Notes under the pieces: generated by a model
Databases searched by the model: none
Told to the model about the DNA's origin: nothing
Seen by the model: the letters and a program-made list of their open reading frames with translations, nothing else
Made by a program: the position numbers and the translations under genes
NCBI RefSeq assembly: GCF_006345805.1
Contig: NC_042997.1
Location: forward strand, 47,492,001 to 47,556,000
Direction of reading: 5' to 3'
Length of the DNA stretch: 64,000 nucleotides
Source: Octopus sinensis
Lineage: Eukaryota
Shown: positions 13,380 through 27,749 of the stretch, piece by piece
How positions within the stretch are numbered: position 1 is the first letter of the stretch
Layout: every line of letters begins with the position of its first letter

Positions 13380-14162
13380 TAAGACCCAACTACGTTAGTT
13401 AGAGACCATGTCCTTAATGTGACCTTGCGTGATCAGACGCTACGTGCACAATTATTTTCGTTTGGAATCTGAGTTGTCCTCACAATGGTCGCACGCTGTT
13501 AACGCGAAAGAATGGTTCGCTGAGCCACGATTATTCATTCCAAACCACGTCAGCAACTCAACGTCATGTGACACAACCATGTTTGCTACAGACCGTGTCC
13601 TTAACGTGACCCACACACCCCGACGCTGCACGTAGAATTGTTTTCGTTTGAGAGCTAAGGTGTCCTCGTAATGGCCGCAAATGTTTACACGAAGGAGTGC
13701 ACGGTTGATCTACGACTATTGATTCCGAACCGAAATATTGCTTAACAGTGTTGTTTTCAAGCGCTTTCTTGCCAATATCTTCCTTACCACGTCATTTTTT
13801 TCATGTATATTTCTTTTATGTGGGGATGTTGAACGCGCCACAGGCTTACTCAATCGCATAGATGTAGTTCCTATGTTCAGCGTGGTAGCTGGCACTGCCG
13901 AAAGCCGCAAAGGAGAGTATATCCATTGAGAGCTTATTGGCGTGTTCAAAGATCACATAGCTCCACCAACATTTCTATTAGAAAGTTAGGGCCTGGCACA
14001 AATGCTTTGTCGTCAATGCTGCACTTCCCCGCATCACGTTTCAACTTTATTGTACCATATATACAAACTTTTTAAACCCCGAGCAACACCGGGTATGTCT
14101 GCTAGTACATATATATATATATATATATATATATGTTAGAGCAACACCGGATATATTGCTAG
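13380..14162 (+). mobile_element. Non-autonomous Helitron-like element with two consecutive 3' termini; 5' boundary uncertain
   Basis: cccgagcaacaccggg hairpin then CTAG|T at 14102-14106; second gagcaacaccgg..CTAG|T at 14139-14163, separated by (TA)n. Confidence 0.6.
13404..13740. repeat. Diverged tandem duplication, 187-bp period
   Basis: gacc.tgtccttaa.gtgacc at 13404 and 13591; ttttcgtttg, tgtcctc and acga.tatt.attcc.aacc recur at a similar offset. Confidence 0.8.
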
Positions 14163-14163
14163 T

Positions 14164-14179
14164 ATATATATATATATAT

Positions 14180-14255
<76 letters not shown>

Positions 14256-14423
14256 TATATTGTTTTGCAAAATAGTGGTTTTGTCTCTAATAATATTTTA
14301 TATATATATATATATATATATAAACACACACATACACATATATATATAGAGAGAGAAAGATAGGTAGATAGATAGATAAATAGAAAGATAGATTGATAGA
14401 TAGGCAGGCAGACAGACAGACCA

Positions 14424-14500
<77 letters not shown>
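14164..14500. repeat. (TA)n, (GACA)n, (GATA)n arrays
   Basis: Direct reading. Confidence 0.95.
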
Positions 14501-14502
<2 letters not shown>

Positions 14503-15418
14503 TTACTTTATATATACCGAGCTTACGCATTATAAATCTATTGTATCTTGACAATGGTTGTCATTGAAAAATATATTTTATTGTTGGAAAGTAAAATAAA
14601 ATATCAGTTAATAGATGAATAGAATAAAGTAAGAAATAAAAAAAATGAAGCAAACTTGACTCTGAAGAGAAAAGTTATAGAATTGTGAGTAAGAATGTGA
14701 AGAAACGAAGCTTAAGGTAACAAGGAAATTACAATAGAATTTAGAGACAATACAGATGGTTTGGGTTTGTCTGAGAAATGCTGAATGTGGAATTTTGTAC
14801 TCTCATTTCATTTTAATAGAACAGATTTATAAGGGAAATATAAAGGATAGTGAATTTGTGTGAAAGCTAAATTTACTTTATTGTCGTTGTAGTATAATTG
14901 TGATTGTTGTTTGATTGTTTGTATACTTAAGTCAATATATGGGTGCATGCGATTATGTCTGTCAATATATATGCACACACGTCTCTCCATCATCTTCTGT
15001 ATCTCTCTATGTCTTACTAATGCATAGATATAAGGACACACGCGCACACACAGACACACACACACATACACACCCAAGTAAACACACACATATACGTATC
15101 TTTATATATACATATATATACGTATATATACATATGTACACACACACGCATGCACATATGTATAACTGTATATTTGCATGTGTGAGTGTGAATGTGTGTG
15201 TGTGCGTTAGGAAAAACTAGGTGAAATTTTGCCCTCAATTTAGATTTAATATCACACTTCTCAAATAAACAAGTGAACTATAAGGCATTATATATTTGAG
15301 CAAAAGCTAAAGTGATAATATTGTTATATATTTGTGACTGTACTAAGTTTTATGAATGTGTACATACGTGTGTACAACTCTCCTTTTACCCCTCTCAATC
15401 ACGTTCACTGTACACACA

Positions 15419-15569
15419 AGGTTTTGCCCTCCTAACTATATCCCATTTTAGGTTGTATCCTACATTATTTGTTTTAAGTTCCCAAATTTTGCTAGAGAAC
15501 TTTTGGGAACTTAAAACAAGTAATATAGGATACAACCTAAAATGGAATATAGTTAGGAGGACAAAACCT
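15419..15569. repeat. Inverted repeat: 68-bp arms, 15-nt loop
   Basis: 15419-15486 versus 15502-15569, 4 mismatches. Confidence 0.93.
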
Positions 15570-15929
15570 TATAGAAATAGTAGAGTAGGCTGTCAACCCT
15601 GTTCTATGGAAACCTATGAAATTTAAAGTATTGAATTAACAAAAATCTACTGAATAATTGTCTAGAGTTATGGATATCTTGCATACATTCCACAACTAGA
15701 ACATTTAAATACTTTAAATAGAAATTTAAGTTTTCCTATATTTTCAAACTTTAACTTTTTAATATAATAATAATATGAGATATACTATACTAACCTTTAA
15801 TTTACTTTCATAGTCGACTAGATTAACTTCACTGTAATCTTGAATTTGGATCTTTCCCCAAATCTATTTGGTACCTACTATAAATTAGATGATAGGTTTG
15901 TTCCCCTACCCTTTGTAAAAGAATTTAAT

Positions 15930-16440
15930 TGACCTCTCGACATTGACCTAGATTTTTTTTCTCATCACATAAAAAAAAGGCTTTTTGTTCTAGTGACAAC
16001 CTGAATTCCCTTTATATATTCTAAATTCTTCCTTTTTTCTGCAACTAACTTAAATCCCTTTTACAGTATTCTATCACATCCCCTTACCCAAATTCCTTCT
16101 ACTAAAAAAATTCTGATGGCTCTCAGTTGCAAGTGGGGTTTTGGTCAGTTAGTAGCCGACCTACTACCTCATACGTTCCTAAGAATTTAATGATCTTTCT
16201 ACTTAGACCTAAATTTTTTTGTCACCACACAGATAAATTGACCCTTTGTTCTAGTGACAATCTGTTCTTCTTTTACATGTCCTGAATTTTCCTCCTCTTT
16301 TCTTCAACTAACTTGAATTCTTTACCTGCCCTGACCCCAATCCTTATACCTAAAGAAATTTTCTTACAGCAGTTAGTTGTAAACAAGGTTTTGGTCAGTT
16401 AGCATCTGAACTACACGACCTCTTGTACCTAAGATTCATA
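15930..16440. repeat. Diverged tandem duplication, 261-bp period
   Basis: tagtgacaa at 15991 and 16252; gaccta.attttt, caactaactt and ggttttggtcagttag repeated at a similar offset. Confidence 0.8.
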
Positions 16441-16734
16441 TCTACATCTTTATCTGTGTATTTACGTTCCCTAAGATGTTATTAATTAATTTGAAAACTT
16501 TATATTATTGGAAAACCTATATAAAATTAGCTGAAGATTACTCGGCATCTTAAATCTGCTGTAATATTTACAACTTTTAATAAAATGTTGTAGTATGAAA
16601 CAATGGCACTAAATTACCGGATTCATTGTTGTTGCTTATTTTTTTATTATAATCACCCCGCATATTTTTATGGGTAACACCATACAAAATTCTGGTGCAT
16701 CTAAATTAAGTACCATATTCATTTGAATATATAT

Positions 16735-17016
16735 AATTGCAGCGTGGAAGGTGTTTATAAGCCATTTAAGAAACACACAAAACCATTAGATTCACTTCAG
16801 CATTTAAATTTAATTTGTCAAAATATTTTCGTCGCTTTAAGACCGCGACCTGTTCCCTGACAAAGCTTCGAGTTGCAGCACGAAGCTTTGTCAGTGAACA
16901 GGTCGCGGTCTCAAAGAAACGAAAATATTTTGACAAATTAAATTTAAATGTTGAAGTGAATCTAATGGTTTTGTGTGTTTCTTAAATGGCTTATAAACAC
17001 CTTCCACGCTGCAATT
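16735..17016. repeat. Long inverted repeat: 136-bp arms, 10-nt loop
   Basis: 16735-16870 is the reverse complement of 16881-17016 with about 5 mismatches. Confidence 0.95.
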
Positions 17017-17074
17017 GTTTTCGTTCCAGCACACGATCTCAGATCAAGTCACTCGCTATGCAAGTACATCTCCG

Positions 17075-17131
<57 letters not shown>

Positions 17132-17746
17132 GACACACACACATGTGTATATGTACATATATACAAACACGTATATGTGTGAGTGTGTGTTTGTGTGTGT
17201 GTATGTGTGTATGCGTGTGTATTCTTCTCCCTCAGAATTTAGCCAGATTTATTCAACACCACTAGATTTTATTTTGATGACTATTATACACGTTTTATTC
17301 TAATATTGGAGTACACCGCCGTTACCAACCTCCATTTTCAAGCCACGCATAGATCTTTGGTAGAACTATGGGCCCAGAACGCAAAGAGCTGCAGTAGATA
17401 CCTTATGGTTTCTAGTCTAACTCAAATAGTACTTGTAATATAGCGTTCTTGCTTGGTACTTTATTTCTCTGCCCGAATGAAAGCATGAAAAGTGGGCTGA
17501 CAGTGGCTCGGTTTGGACGGTGAATGTAAGGAGCCGAAAAAAATAAAATAACGCAAAGGATGCAATCCGATGATTTAACGAGTTTAACGGTTTCCCTTAT
17601 ACTTACGGACACGTTTGTGCGTACCTGTGCGTGCACGTGTGTACGCATGTGTATGTGTGTATGCGTATATACACACACAGACACACATACAGACACACAC
17701 ACAGACACACATACAGACACACACAGAGACAGACACACAGACACAC

Positions 17747-17781
<35 letters not shown>

Positions 17782-19489
17782 CACACATACACACACGTAT
17801 AATTGTTTATGTTATGCAAAAACGCATACATATATGAGTATGTATGTAAGTACATACATTTATGTGCGTATGCATATAGCTATACATGTGTGTGTATGTA
17901 TATGTGTACCTACATGTATATACGTAAGCATGTGTGTGTATTTATAATTATAAGAAGCATGTACGTATGTATGTTTGCCCGAGTGTAACTATGTATTTTC
18001 GTATGTGATTTCATGTACATGTAGGTGTTTAAAATATTATATAGTAGAATATTTCCAGTATCTCTCTGTGTGCGTGAATATATTTATATGCACAGAGCTG
18101 ACACTTGTGAAATGATCGATAAACTTTCTCAATCATCCCATCGCACAACCAGAACACTTTCTTCTATTTCATTGTCCATTAACCACATCTATCAAATAAA
18201 CTCGCTTCAGATGCGTTTATTTTATTGCTTAACTTACCGTAAAGTGGAAATGATCCCTTTGCCTTGAGTAAAATATTTACTCTTCCCCACCGCTCAATTT
18301 TTCCTTCTTTTCCATTGCTTTTGTTGTTCTATGTAGGTTTTCGAACGAGATATCAATTATTTAAAGAGCTCGGTTGTTGTTTTGCCAACATCTATGTTGA
18401 TAGGCGGACTCCAGAGAAGCAGAAAACTATATTATATTTTATAATTCGATACTATTTCTGGTAACTGCCATGACGATCTTCTAAGTGCGCCGACTATACA
18501 AATTTAGCTTTCTGTTTATGTTACAAATGTACTCAAGAAAAAGACATCAATGTTAAAGCACTTAATTTTGTTATGTATAAAACTAAGAATTCCTCTCCAG
18601 TTAGTAAGAAATAAACTCAGTGTGGTTTCAGTTAATATTTGCTAATTTCCTTCTCTTTATTCAATACTCGTGTCTTTTAAAGCGTTGATAAATACGAAAC
18701 ACAAAATCATTTTCATATATCAATTTAATAAATCTCAAAACAAGGTGGTGATCAGGCACAATCGTTGGCACGCAAAATACTTAATGACATGCCGCCTGTC
18801 CTTACGTTCTGAGTTCAAATTCCTCTGGGGGTTAACTTCGGCTTTCATCCTTTCAGGGTCGATAAAAGAAGTATCAGTTTGCTGGATTGGGCCACGATTT
18901 GTTCAAATAAACATTTTGTAACTTTTGTTTTTGCTTCGATTATTCAATGCAATTTTGTTATCAATACCAAAATCGTATTTGAAAATTAATTCTCGACGTT
19001 ATCATCTATTATTATGAAAGTTGTATCATCCAGCTGATCATCTAAATATCAGTTCACTCTTCTGGAATTGCTACAAATTCCTGTCATCATTAACAGGATA
19101 TCGAGTTTTGGTCTGAAGACACATATCCTGTAAGAACAGTGTACACGATTTAACTGATCCCGCCCAGTCCTTGAATGACACTTATTTTATGAACATTAAA
19201 TGTAAAATTGTGTTTGTTGAGATTTCATCTCAGAACCTGAAAGCATACAAGAAAATAATGAACGATATTGTGCCCAACCTGTGTTACTGTGGTGACAGTT
19301 TACCTGTAGGGCCCTTTTATCATCGACGATATAACGCTTTTATCTACTTACTACTGCTTGGCTTAAATATCTAATTATTTGTTTTTCAGTCGATACTCGT
19401 TTTCCTTACATTGTTACATTGTGTATCAGTAGTAGGAGATAATATAGACGATAGAGTTATTTGTCTTTAATCAGCTATAGTATAGTTTC

Positions 19490-19960
19490 AATTTTTAACA
19501 CTAGGCCCGGGAAGGAGGCTAAGCGATTACATCGACCCCAGTATTCCACCGGTATTTATGTTATTGACCCCGAAAGGATGAAAGGCAAAGTCGACCTCGG
19601 TGGAATTTGAACTCAGAACGTAAAGAAGGATGAAATGCTGCTAAGCATTTCTCTGGCGCGGCATGGATTCTGCCAGCACGTCATCTTATAACCAGTAATA
19701 TTGTAAATACGACTTTGATCAAAAGGCAGACAGTTTGAAGAAAAAGAGAAATAGAAGGAGTTGGAGAATTATTGTTTTTGTTATTAACAAAATGTTGGAA
19801 GGCGGCGAGCAAGCAGAATCGTTACCACATCGGACAAAATGCTTAGCAGCGTTTCGACCGTCTTTACGGAGTTCAAATACACTCGTAGTCGACTTTGCCT
19901 TTCATCTTATTGGTGTCGCAAAATAAGTGCAAGTTATACACTGGGATCGATGAAATTTAC
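19490..19960. mobile_element. Head-to-head pair of family M SINEs (minus 19490-19685, plus 19797-19960)
   Basis: cgaccccgaaaggatgaaaggcaaagtcgac on the left; gtcgactttgcctttcatc on the right. Confidence 0.7.
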
Positions 19961-21091
19961 TAGATACCCCCACCACCTACCTCCCACAGAAGTTTTAAGA
20001 TTTTGTGCCTATAGCAGAAGAGATTATTATCAAGATGTTGTTATGAACCTATATAGCACAGTGAAAAGCAATCGAAACTTATTCATATTAACGGATGATA
20101 CGGGTGAGTTCTCAGAAAAACCAGTCCCATGATTCATTTCCAGCTTAGTCTCTTTTTACGTTGCCATCACGTGCAATATCTTCTAAGCAGTGGGGATGCC
20201 ACAGTCACTAAGTGTAATATATTTAACGCAATAAGCTATGAACATTTTGATGTCTTTTTTATATAATGATTCAATATTAAATGTAATGTCCAGTTTCTGT
20301 TAGGTTTGTGATAAAAAGTTTTGTAGCATTACTTTGAAGTCCTTCGTAGTATGTTCAAGTTTAGTGACATTCACTATGAATTTCGTCCCTAAGAAGTAAG
20401 CAAAGTCGCAATAAATCGGGTTTATGCTTTTTTTGTGCTGACATAAGGGATCGGTTTGACAAATTTCTGGCTTTGTTAGATATTTATTAGAGAAATAAAA
20501 CCCAGATCCCTCCTGTCTCCATATAAAACTGTGGTTACTTAACGTTTATATTTGGAATTTCTTTATGTAAAAGTAAACAGTTACACTGGTATACTCAATG
20601 TGCATAAAAATATATGAAATAACTATGTACATCGGTTAGAAAATAAATAGTACACTAGACGGTGTTAAATAAAATAATCTTAAAAATAATTTTCAAAAGT
20701 TGTGATATAAGAATTTTACCCACCTTCAATAAATTAACTTGTACGTTCACCACAAAGAAAAAAAAATGTGTTAAATTTCAGTTTCTACAAAACAGTTTGT
20801 GAAATGCATGGATAAATTGTTGAAATCACACGTACATTTATGCGTAGACAAGGATATATGCGTGTATATGAGTATGTATGCACATATGTATGCATATATT
20901 TATGCTTGCATGCATATATTTATGTAACATGTATGATGTCCATCGACTTACTATCTGTTATGACTACTGTTACAATCGCTCCTAATTTCTTTAGCTGTAG
21001 CGTCATGTGCCGTAGGAGTTATACAACAGTATAAAAGGAGCAAAACTGCAAGTCACAGATACTTATAATTGACATATGCATTGACATATTA

Positions 21092-22352
21092 TTGGGTTAT
21101 CCCATAAATAATGCGGATTTTTTATACTTCTAGTAGTTTTTAACATTAAGAGAAGCGAAGTTTTTTTCTTTTTATTCTAAAATATACTCGCTTTCATTTT
21201 TTACAATGCTCTTCCATTTATCTCGTAGACTTGCAAGGCCCCTCTTCCAAAATTCATTTGTCCCTGACGAAAAATACTGTTCCAGTACTGTTCTGACCTC
21301 GTCTGCAAAATTTTTTTTTTTTCTGTCCAAATAATTTTGAAGACTGCGGAATAAATGGTAATCAGATGGAGCAATGTCCGTCGAATATGGTGGGTGGGGC
21401 ATCATTTTCCATTCCAACTGCTCCAGCCTTTGGAATTTCAACCTCGCTGTATGTGGCAGAGCATTATCCTGACTGAAGAACACCTTTCGTCTTGAAACCG
21501 AAGTTGTTTTTCTTCTTGCGATGACTTAAGCCGCTCAAGCTGCTCGCAGTAGATCTCCTTTAGTATCATTTGTGCTTTGGTTTAAACGTTCAAGGTGGAC
21601 TAAACCTTTCATATTCCACCAAACAGATGACAACATCTTACGTGGGCGAAGTCCTTCCTGAGCCTGGGGTGCCGGTGTTTCTTCTTACTTTACACACTGT
21701 CTTCGGCACTTGATATTTATGTAGGGAACCCATTTCTCATCACCAGTTATTATTCGGGCCAAAAAAATGGTTCATTCGAAAGACGTGAGCAGCAAGAATC
21801 TCTGCGCGCGATTAAACTAGAAAACGAACCCATTGACCCAATTTGCTGACTATTCTGATGATACGCAAGTGTCGATGAATGGTTGAATGAGTCAATCCAA
21901 ACCTCTCTGCGAGTTCTTCAGCAGTTGCGATGGGATTCTGTTCCACCTAAGTTTGCAGGACATCCTCGTCGACCTTCACTGATTATCCAGGACAACACTC
22001 TACGTTGTAGTTTCCGGTTCGGAATTTCTGGAACCAACGTTCACAATGGCTTACGCTTATTGCCCGATCTCCATATACTTCATTAATATTCCTCGCTCTT
22101 TCCATTCCGTTGTTGCCTTTATTGAACTCATAAAGAAAAATATAACGAATATGCTCCTTTGTCACTTACTTTGGAAAAGTAACTGTTAAAATAGAACTGC
22201 ACTTTTTAAAACTTGCACTAAGAATATGGACAAGGTAAAATTACTACCTGCTTCTATAGCAGGTTAATGCAGGTAGTTTATCCCGGCCACTTCCGACTTT
22301 TAGTTCATGCAATTGACAAAAAAAAAAACGCATTATTTATGGGATGACCCAA
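21092..22352 (-). mobile_element. Full-length (1261 bp) mariner transposon, transposase inactivated
   Basis: TIRs ttgggttatcccataaataatgcg / cgcattatttatgggatgacccaa, with TA on both sides. N-terminus IRYIFLYEF..ARNINEVYG..RWFQKF; C-terminus QDNALPH, HPPYSTDIAPSDYHLFRSL; frameshifts and stops. Confidence 0.93.
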
Positions 22353-25300
22353 TATAAGATTTCTCACGTTTCAGTTGTTTGTTCTACAAAATTAACCCCA
22401 AAAGCGCTGAGATTTGTATATACGTAGCATAGACTGCTGACCGCATTTATGAAAATGAGACAAACATGTACACATAAAAAACAAAAAAATAATAATTCAA
22501 ATATCTTCTTAGTATATATTTACAACATCTGAAAAGTCACTAGTTGAACTATTCGTCTTCTTGCATTCTGGGGGTATCGGGGCGTTTGTGTGAAATTAGA
22601 TCCCAACAAACGCTCATAAATTAAATGCATCTATCTGGGCTACGATCGTCACCTGTCGACCTGTGCCTGGCGGCTACGATCCTGGCCCGTCGCGCTTTAT
22701 GTGTTAATTTCCAAACTTTCCCACGGTTATGAAAGTTATCTCATTGTCCGTCAGTCTCTACCACACAGACATAAGCTCTTCCACATTCTCGATTCATATC
22801 TCACTACAATAAGAAATTGATTTCATCTAAAACAAAAAAGGGTGTTCTCTTCATTCTCTTTTGAATGTAGTTTTAATCAGAAGGCTTTGATGTCGTATGA
22901 TGCTCTCAAAATATGCCAGCGAATATGTCAGCGGCATTTTGGCCCATTTAAGCATTTTTAATTTTGCATATTCGCAGCTACTCACGTGCTCAGACGAGAA
23001 CACATCGACTGCGATACAGATGTATCGAATGGCCGTGTACTAATTAGACAATAGTTAGTGTACCGAGTCAAATTTATTTATGTGCCTTTTTTAGTAATAT
23101 CTTAGTGGTTATCACAGCAAATTTGAATTCAAATTTGTTTTCGACGGATCTGATGCAATAAGAATCGGTCGCCCCCTGAATTATATAGATATGCACCACG
23201 GTCGAACGCTCTTGACAAAGTCTCTGCACAATAATGTGGTTGTTCTGTCATGGTTTGATTTTCAGTTGCTAATTTAAACAGGGAGCACAACTCTATCTGT
23301 AGAACCGTAGCTATCTGCATACTAGAGTTTGTGTACCTACCCGTTGTTAAAAACGATGAACATCTTCACAACTGCAATGTACTCCTATCTAAACTTTAGT
23401 TTGGCGTTGTCAGCCAGGTTGATCTACTGTATATTCACAAGAAATATGCAGGTTTATGAATGTTAAATACTTTTCGTTTTATCCCTTATCGAAAAGCAAC
23501 TGATAACTATGCATTTATTATTTTACGATACCACTGAAGAATAATGATATGATATTACTCTTCTTCGAATCTATAATTTTGAATTCACGTTGACAATTCC
23601 AATTCATACAACAAACCCATCAAGAGAACATTTGAGTAAAAGACGTGTATTTATTTTGGTCCCACTTTGTTATTTATGCAAATTCCTCTAGGATATTACT
23701 TTAAAACAAAATGTTGATAGTGAGATTGGAAGGTACAAAACAAATACATTTTACAATATTAAGCATTTTCCTTCGGGGAGTTTTTAGTCTCATTTTTTAC
23801 TTTTGAAACCACCAATGCAGAAAAAATCTGCCACAAATATGAGTGATTAAATTCAATTAATTATCCTCTTACACATCAAATCTCAACATCTTCCTGTCTT
23901 TATTGACGAAAAAAAAATAATCATAAAAGTCATTAGAACAACTAGAACTAATATAAATAATAGCAGTTGTAGTAGTAGTAGTATTAGAAATACTAATGGA
24001 CTGTTTCATACAAGCGAAAGAAGTATTATTTAGTATTTTTATTATATTTTGGTATTTGCTTAGCAAACATTTTGATCATTGAGGTTACGTATGGTTAATA
24101 AATTTATGAGTGTTATATTATTTTATCTCCGATTCAGTCTCTATTATGTATTTGTTTTCTCTTAAAACAGAAAGAAGACAGATTTTGTATAATATCACTA
24201 AGGAAAATATGGAATATAGTCAGTATAGTTATATTTCTCATTAATGCTGCAGACTTCCATTTAACTACCACTGCACGCATCATAAATGTAATATAACATT
24301 AGTGTTTGATATTAATTAAAAGTGAATATCTAGTCAGGTTTTTAATTTTCAAAGGAAAAAATAACTTAACAGACAAGCTGCAAGGTGTAAAAGTATTTGT
24401 ATTCTAGTCACTGTCATATAATTGCTAGCTTCCATTTATGTTTTTTTTGCAGGTTTGTGCTATAAAAAAAGTTTCTTTCATTTATTATTATTTTTCCAAT
24501 ATTTTGATACAAATCTCAGTAACAATTATATAAGTTCTCACAAGCGATATAATAAATCAGAGGACACAGGTATTGTGTGTATATAATGCGCGCGTATGTG
24601 TGTGTGCGTGTCTGTGTATATGTGTGTGTATGTATGCCAATGCACACCTACATACATGTATACAGAAATGCACATATATACGTGTGGGCATTTAGAAGGA
24701 GAATAATGAACAAAATTTAGTGCATATTAATTCTGTAAGTAACAATGCTACTATTTTAATTACATTAATCTGCATAAATGTGTCTAGAAAATTTATATTT
24801 AATTTTCATTCAGTTTCTATGTATATATGGAAATCATATACACTTTTAATTTTTTTTCTTTCTTTTGAAATCTGAGACAAAGTAGACAAGAAAAGGTGAG
24901 AGATATTAAAAGTTAGGCATAGAAATAAATCAGAAATCATAAAAATAGTGATAGGTTTTTTTTTATACAGTCAAATGCAGTTGATCACCCAAACATATGC
25001 GCATGAAGATAAAGTCTCTGCAGTGCTGAAGTATTGTAGCACCAGATATTAGGCAATATTAATAAATGTGGGCATAGTACGCATTACCATGTTTTGCAGT
25101 TAGGTGCCGCTTGAGTATGTGACAGATGTTTTTTCTTCTGACTGCAACAGTTATTCCAGACCAGTTTTCTTCGTGGTACAATTCAGGCTGAAGACTGCAT
25201 TCATTTCTTCTACGAGACCGCATGTTAACAGTTGCAAATATGGCAGCAAATATATTCCTTTCACACTTGTTACTCGCTGTTCCATGTAAGTTAGAATAAA

Positions 25301-25547
25301 CAGGTGTTCCTCCCAAGCGAAAACTACTTCTGTGGATTTCCGAGAGCAACTCGCTCTTTACTGTCTTGGAAGGCATTGTGGGGGTTGACAAAAATTATGT
25401 TCATCCATGTGCACCTCTAGCAATTCTATATCTAGAATTTTCGACTACCTTCCATTCATTATGGCGCATTTGTATTTCACCCTTATTTTAGAAATTTTCA
25501 CTAACGTCACAAGTGAGACAGCTGATGCAAACCTTCTGTTCTCTCAT

Positions 25548-25754
25548 TACTCTTTTACTTGTTTCAGTCATGTGGTTCTGGCCATGCTGGAGCACCACCT
25601 TTAGTCGAGCAAATCGACCCCAGGACTTATTCATTGTAAGCCTAGTACTTATTCAATCGGTCTCGTTTGCCGAACCGCTAGGTTACGGGGACGTACACAA
25701 ACCAGCATCGGTTGTCAAGTGATGTTGGGGGGACAAACACTGACACAGAAACAT

Positions 25755-25791
<37 letters not shown>

Positions 25792-25936
25792 CATATATAC
25801 GACGGACTTCTTTCCGTCTACGAAATCTACTCACAAGGCTTTGGTCGGCCTGAGGCTATAGTAGAAGACACTTGCCCAAGGAGCCACGCAGTGGGACTGA
25901 ACCCGGTACCATGTGGTTGGTTAGCAAGCTACTTAC
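25548..25936 (-). mobile_element. SINE family B, full length
   Basis: Reverse complement of the 56007 copy. Confidence 0.85.
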
Positions 25937-26702
25937 CACACAGCCACTCCTACGCCTCATTAGAGAAACATTTTCATTAGAGAAACATTTCCCTATCTCT
26001 CAGACCAGTCTGTTTCTTTTCCAGAGAGATATGCTAAGCTATTCTACAAACTTTGCAGTAGATCCAGCCTTGGCATCATTTTCAGTTTTTTTGGGTGTTT
26101 TTGCGGTTAGTATTCCTGCTGATAGTTGTGGTGCCGACATTCCTAATGAATGTAGTTGATGTGGCAGTCATGGAAGCTGTAGACAATTGGTTTTATTCTG
26201 CTATTTCTGGTTTCAATGCCATTAGTGAACGGGACCGTTATCTTGTTATTACTGGTATTGCTTGAGGCAGTGGTACTGAAGAAACCACTTTCTGTCGCTT
26301 CTGCTTTTGCTTCTGCAAAGATTGTCATCTTATTTTATTATTGTTGTTGTTCCTGCTGTAGCATCTGTCAGGGCTGATAGTTATGGTGATGGTCATGGGT
26401 CCGTTGTTAACGCTTATCAATTCTACAGGGAGAAACTGTAATTTGTGAGTACGAAGTATAATTTTGCTTCAGTTCATTCTACATTTTTCTGTCCATCCTT
26501 TCCTTATTCATCACACGACAATATTTTTAGTTTTTAACTATTATCAGTAAACACATTTTTTACATGAGTTCGGTGAAACGGAATAAACACTCATCTGTCC
26601 TTATGTCGATGTCTACAACCAAATACACAGCAAAATATTTTGTAATAATACTTTAAAAGCATAAATAAACGACATTTTATCAAACTCATCAAGCGAGGAG
26701 GA

Positions 26703-26926
<224 letters not shown>

Positions 26927-26927
<1 letters not shown>

Positions 26928-27432
26928 CTTAACTGATTGAAAGTGTTATCATGTACATTGTTTTGTCTTGGTATAAAAGATGGGCTACAGCAAATATTCT
27001 GCTCAATACCACAAATTTGCCTGTCAGTTGTTTGACCTTAACCAGTTGAGCATGTCCCTTTTTAGCTGACGATATGCCCATCTCTGATCACGAGCAGAAG
27101 TACTGGGGGAGCATCATAGCCATGTATTAAGAGGGATACTTTAGGGTTTGAATAATTCACCTCTGGAAACATGGGTTCAACATCCTTAAATAACCCTTAT
27201 TCAGGGACCTTTTGAGCGGGATGGGTTACTCGACAAGAAGCAAACTTTGACTGGGCCCCACCTGCAAGGTCATGTGCTATGTATCTCGATATGAGATCAC
27301 CATGTCGCGCACATATGGTTGCGATGCATGTCCCTAGTGTACTCTTATCAGACGGGTAGTCATGATGGGTATACTGGACTTCGTATATTTTACCCCAGTG
27401 TCACTTTGATGGCATGCACTGCTCTTTCACTC
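26927..27432 (+). mobile_element. Family X retroposon, 5'-truncated
   Basis: Begins at tcttaactgattg directly after ~225 bp of (TAA)n; ends ctttcactc plus AAT tail. Confidence 0.8.
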
Positions 27433-27749
27433 AATAATAATGACAACAATAATATGTACAACATCAATAACAATAACCACAATAACAACAACAATAATGA
27501 TAAAGGATAATAATGATATTTATAATTATAATATCGAGTTAGAAATATTCGCCAAGGCAACCTTGAGGAGAGGGGGAATTACAAAATTTGTTATCGTGTT
27601 AGATAAAGAAAGCAGAAATAAGAGAATCACAACGAATGAAGACAAATAGTCAGAAAACAATGAACGAGACGGTGTGTAAAACACTCATGGAAGTAAAGGT
27701 TAGCGAGTGATATTATACATACATTAGATTAATACTTCAAACGGTACTA

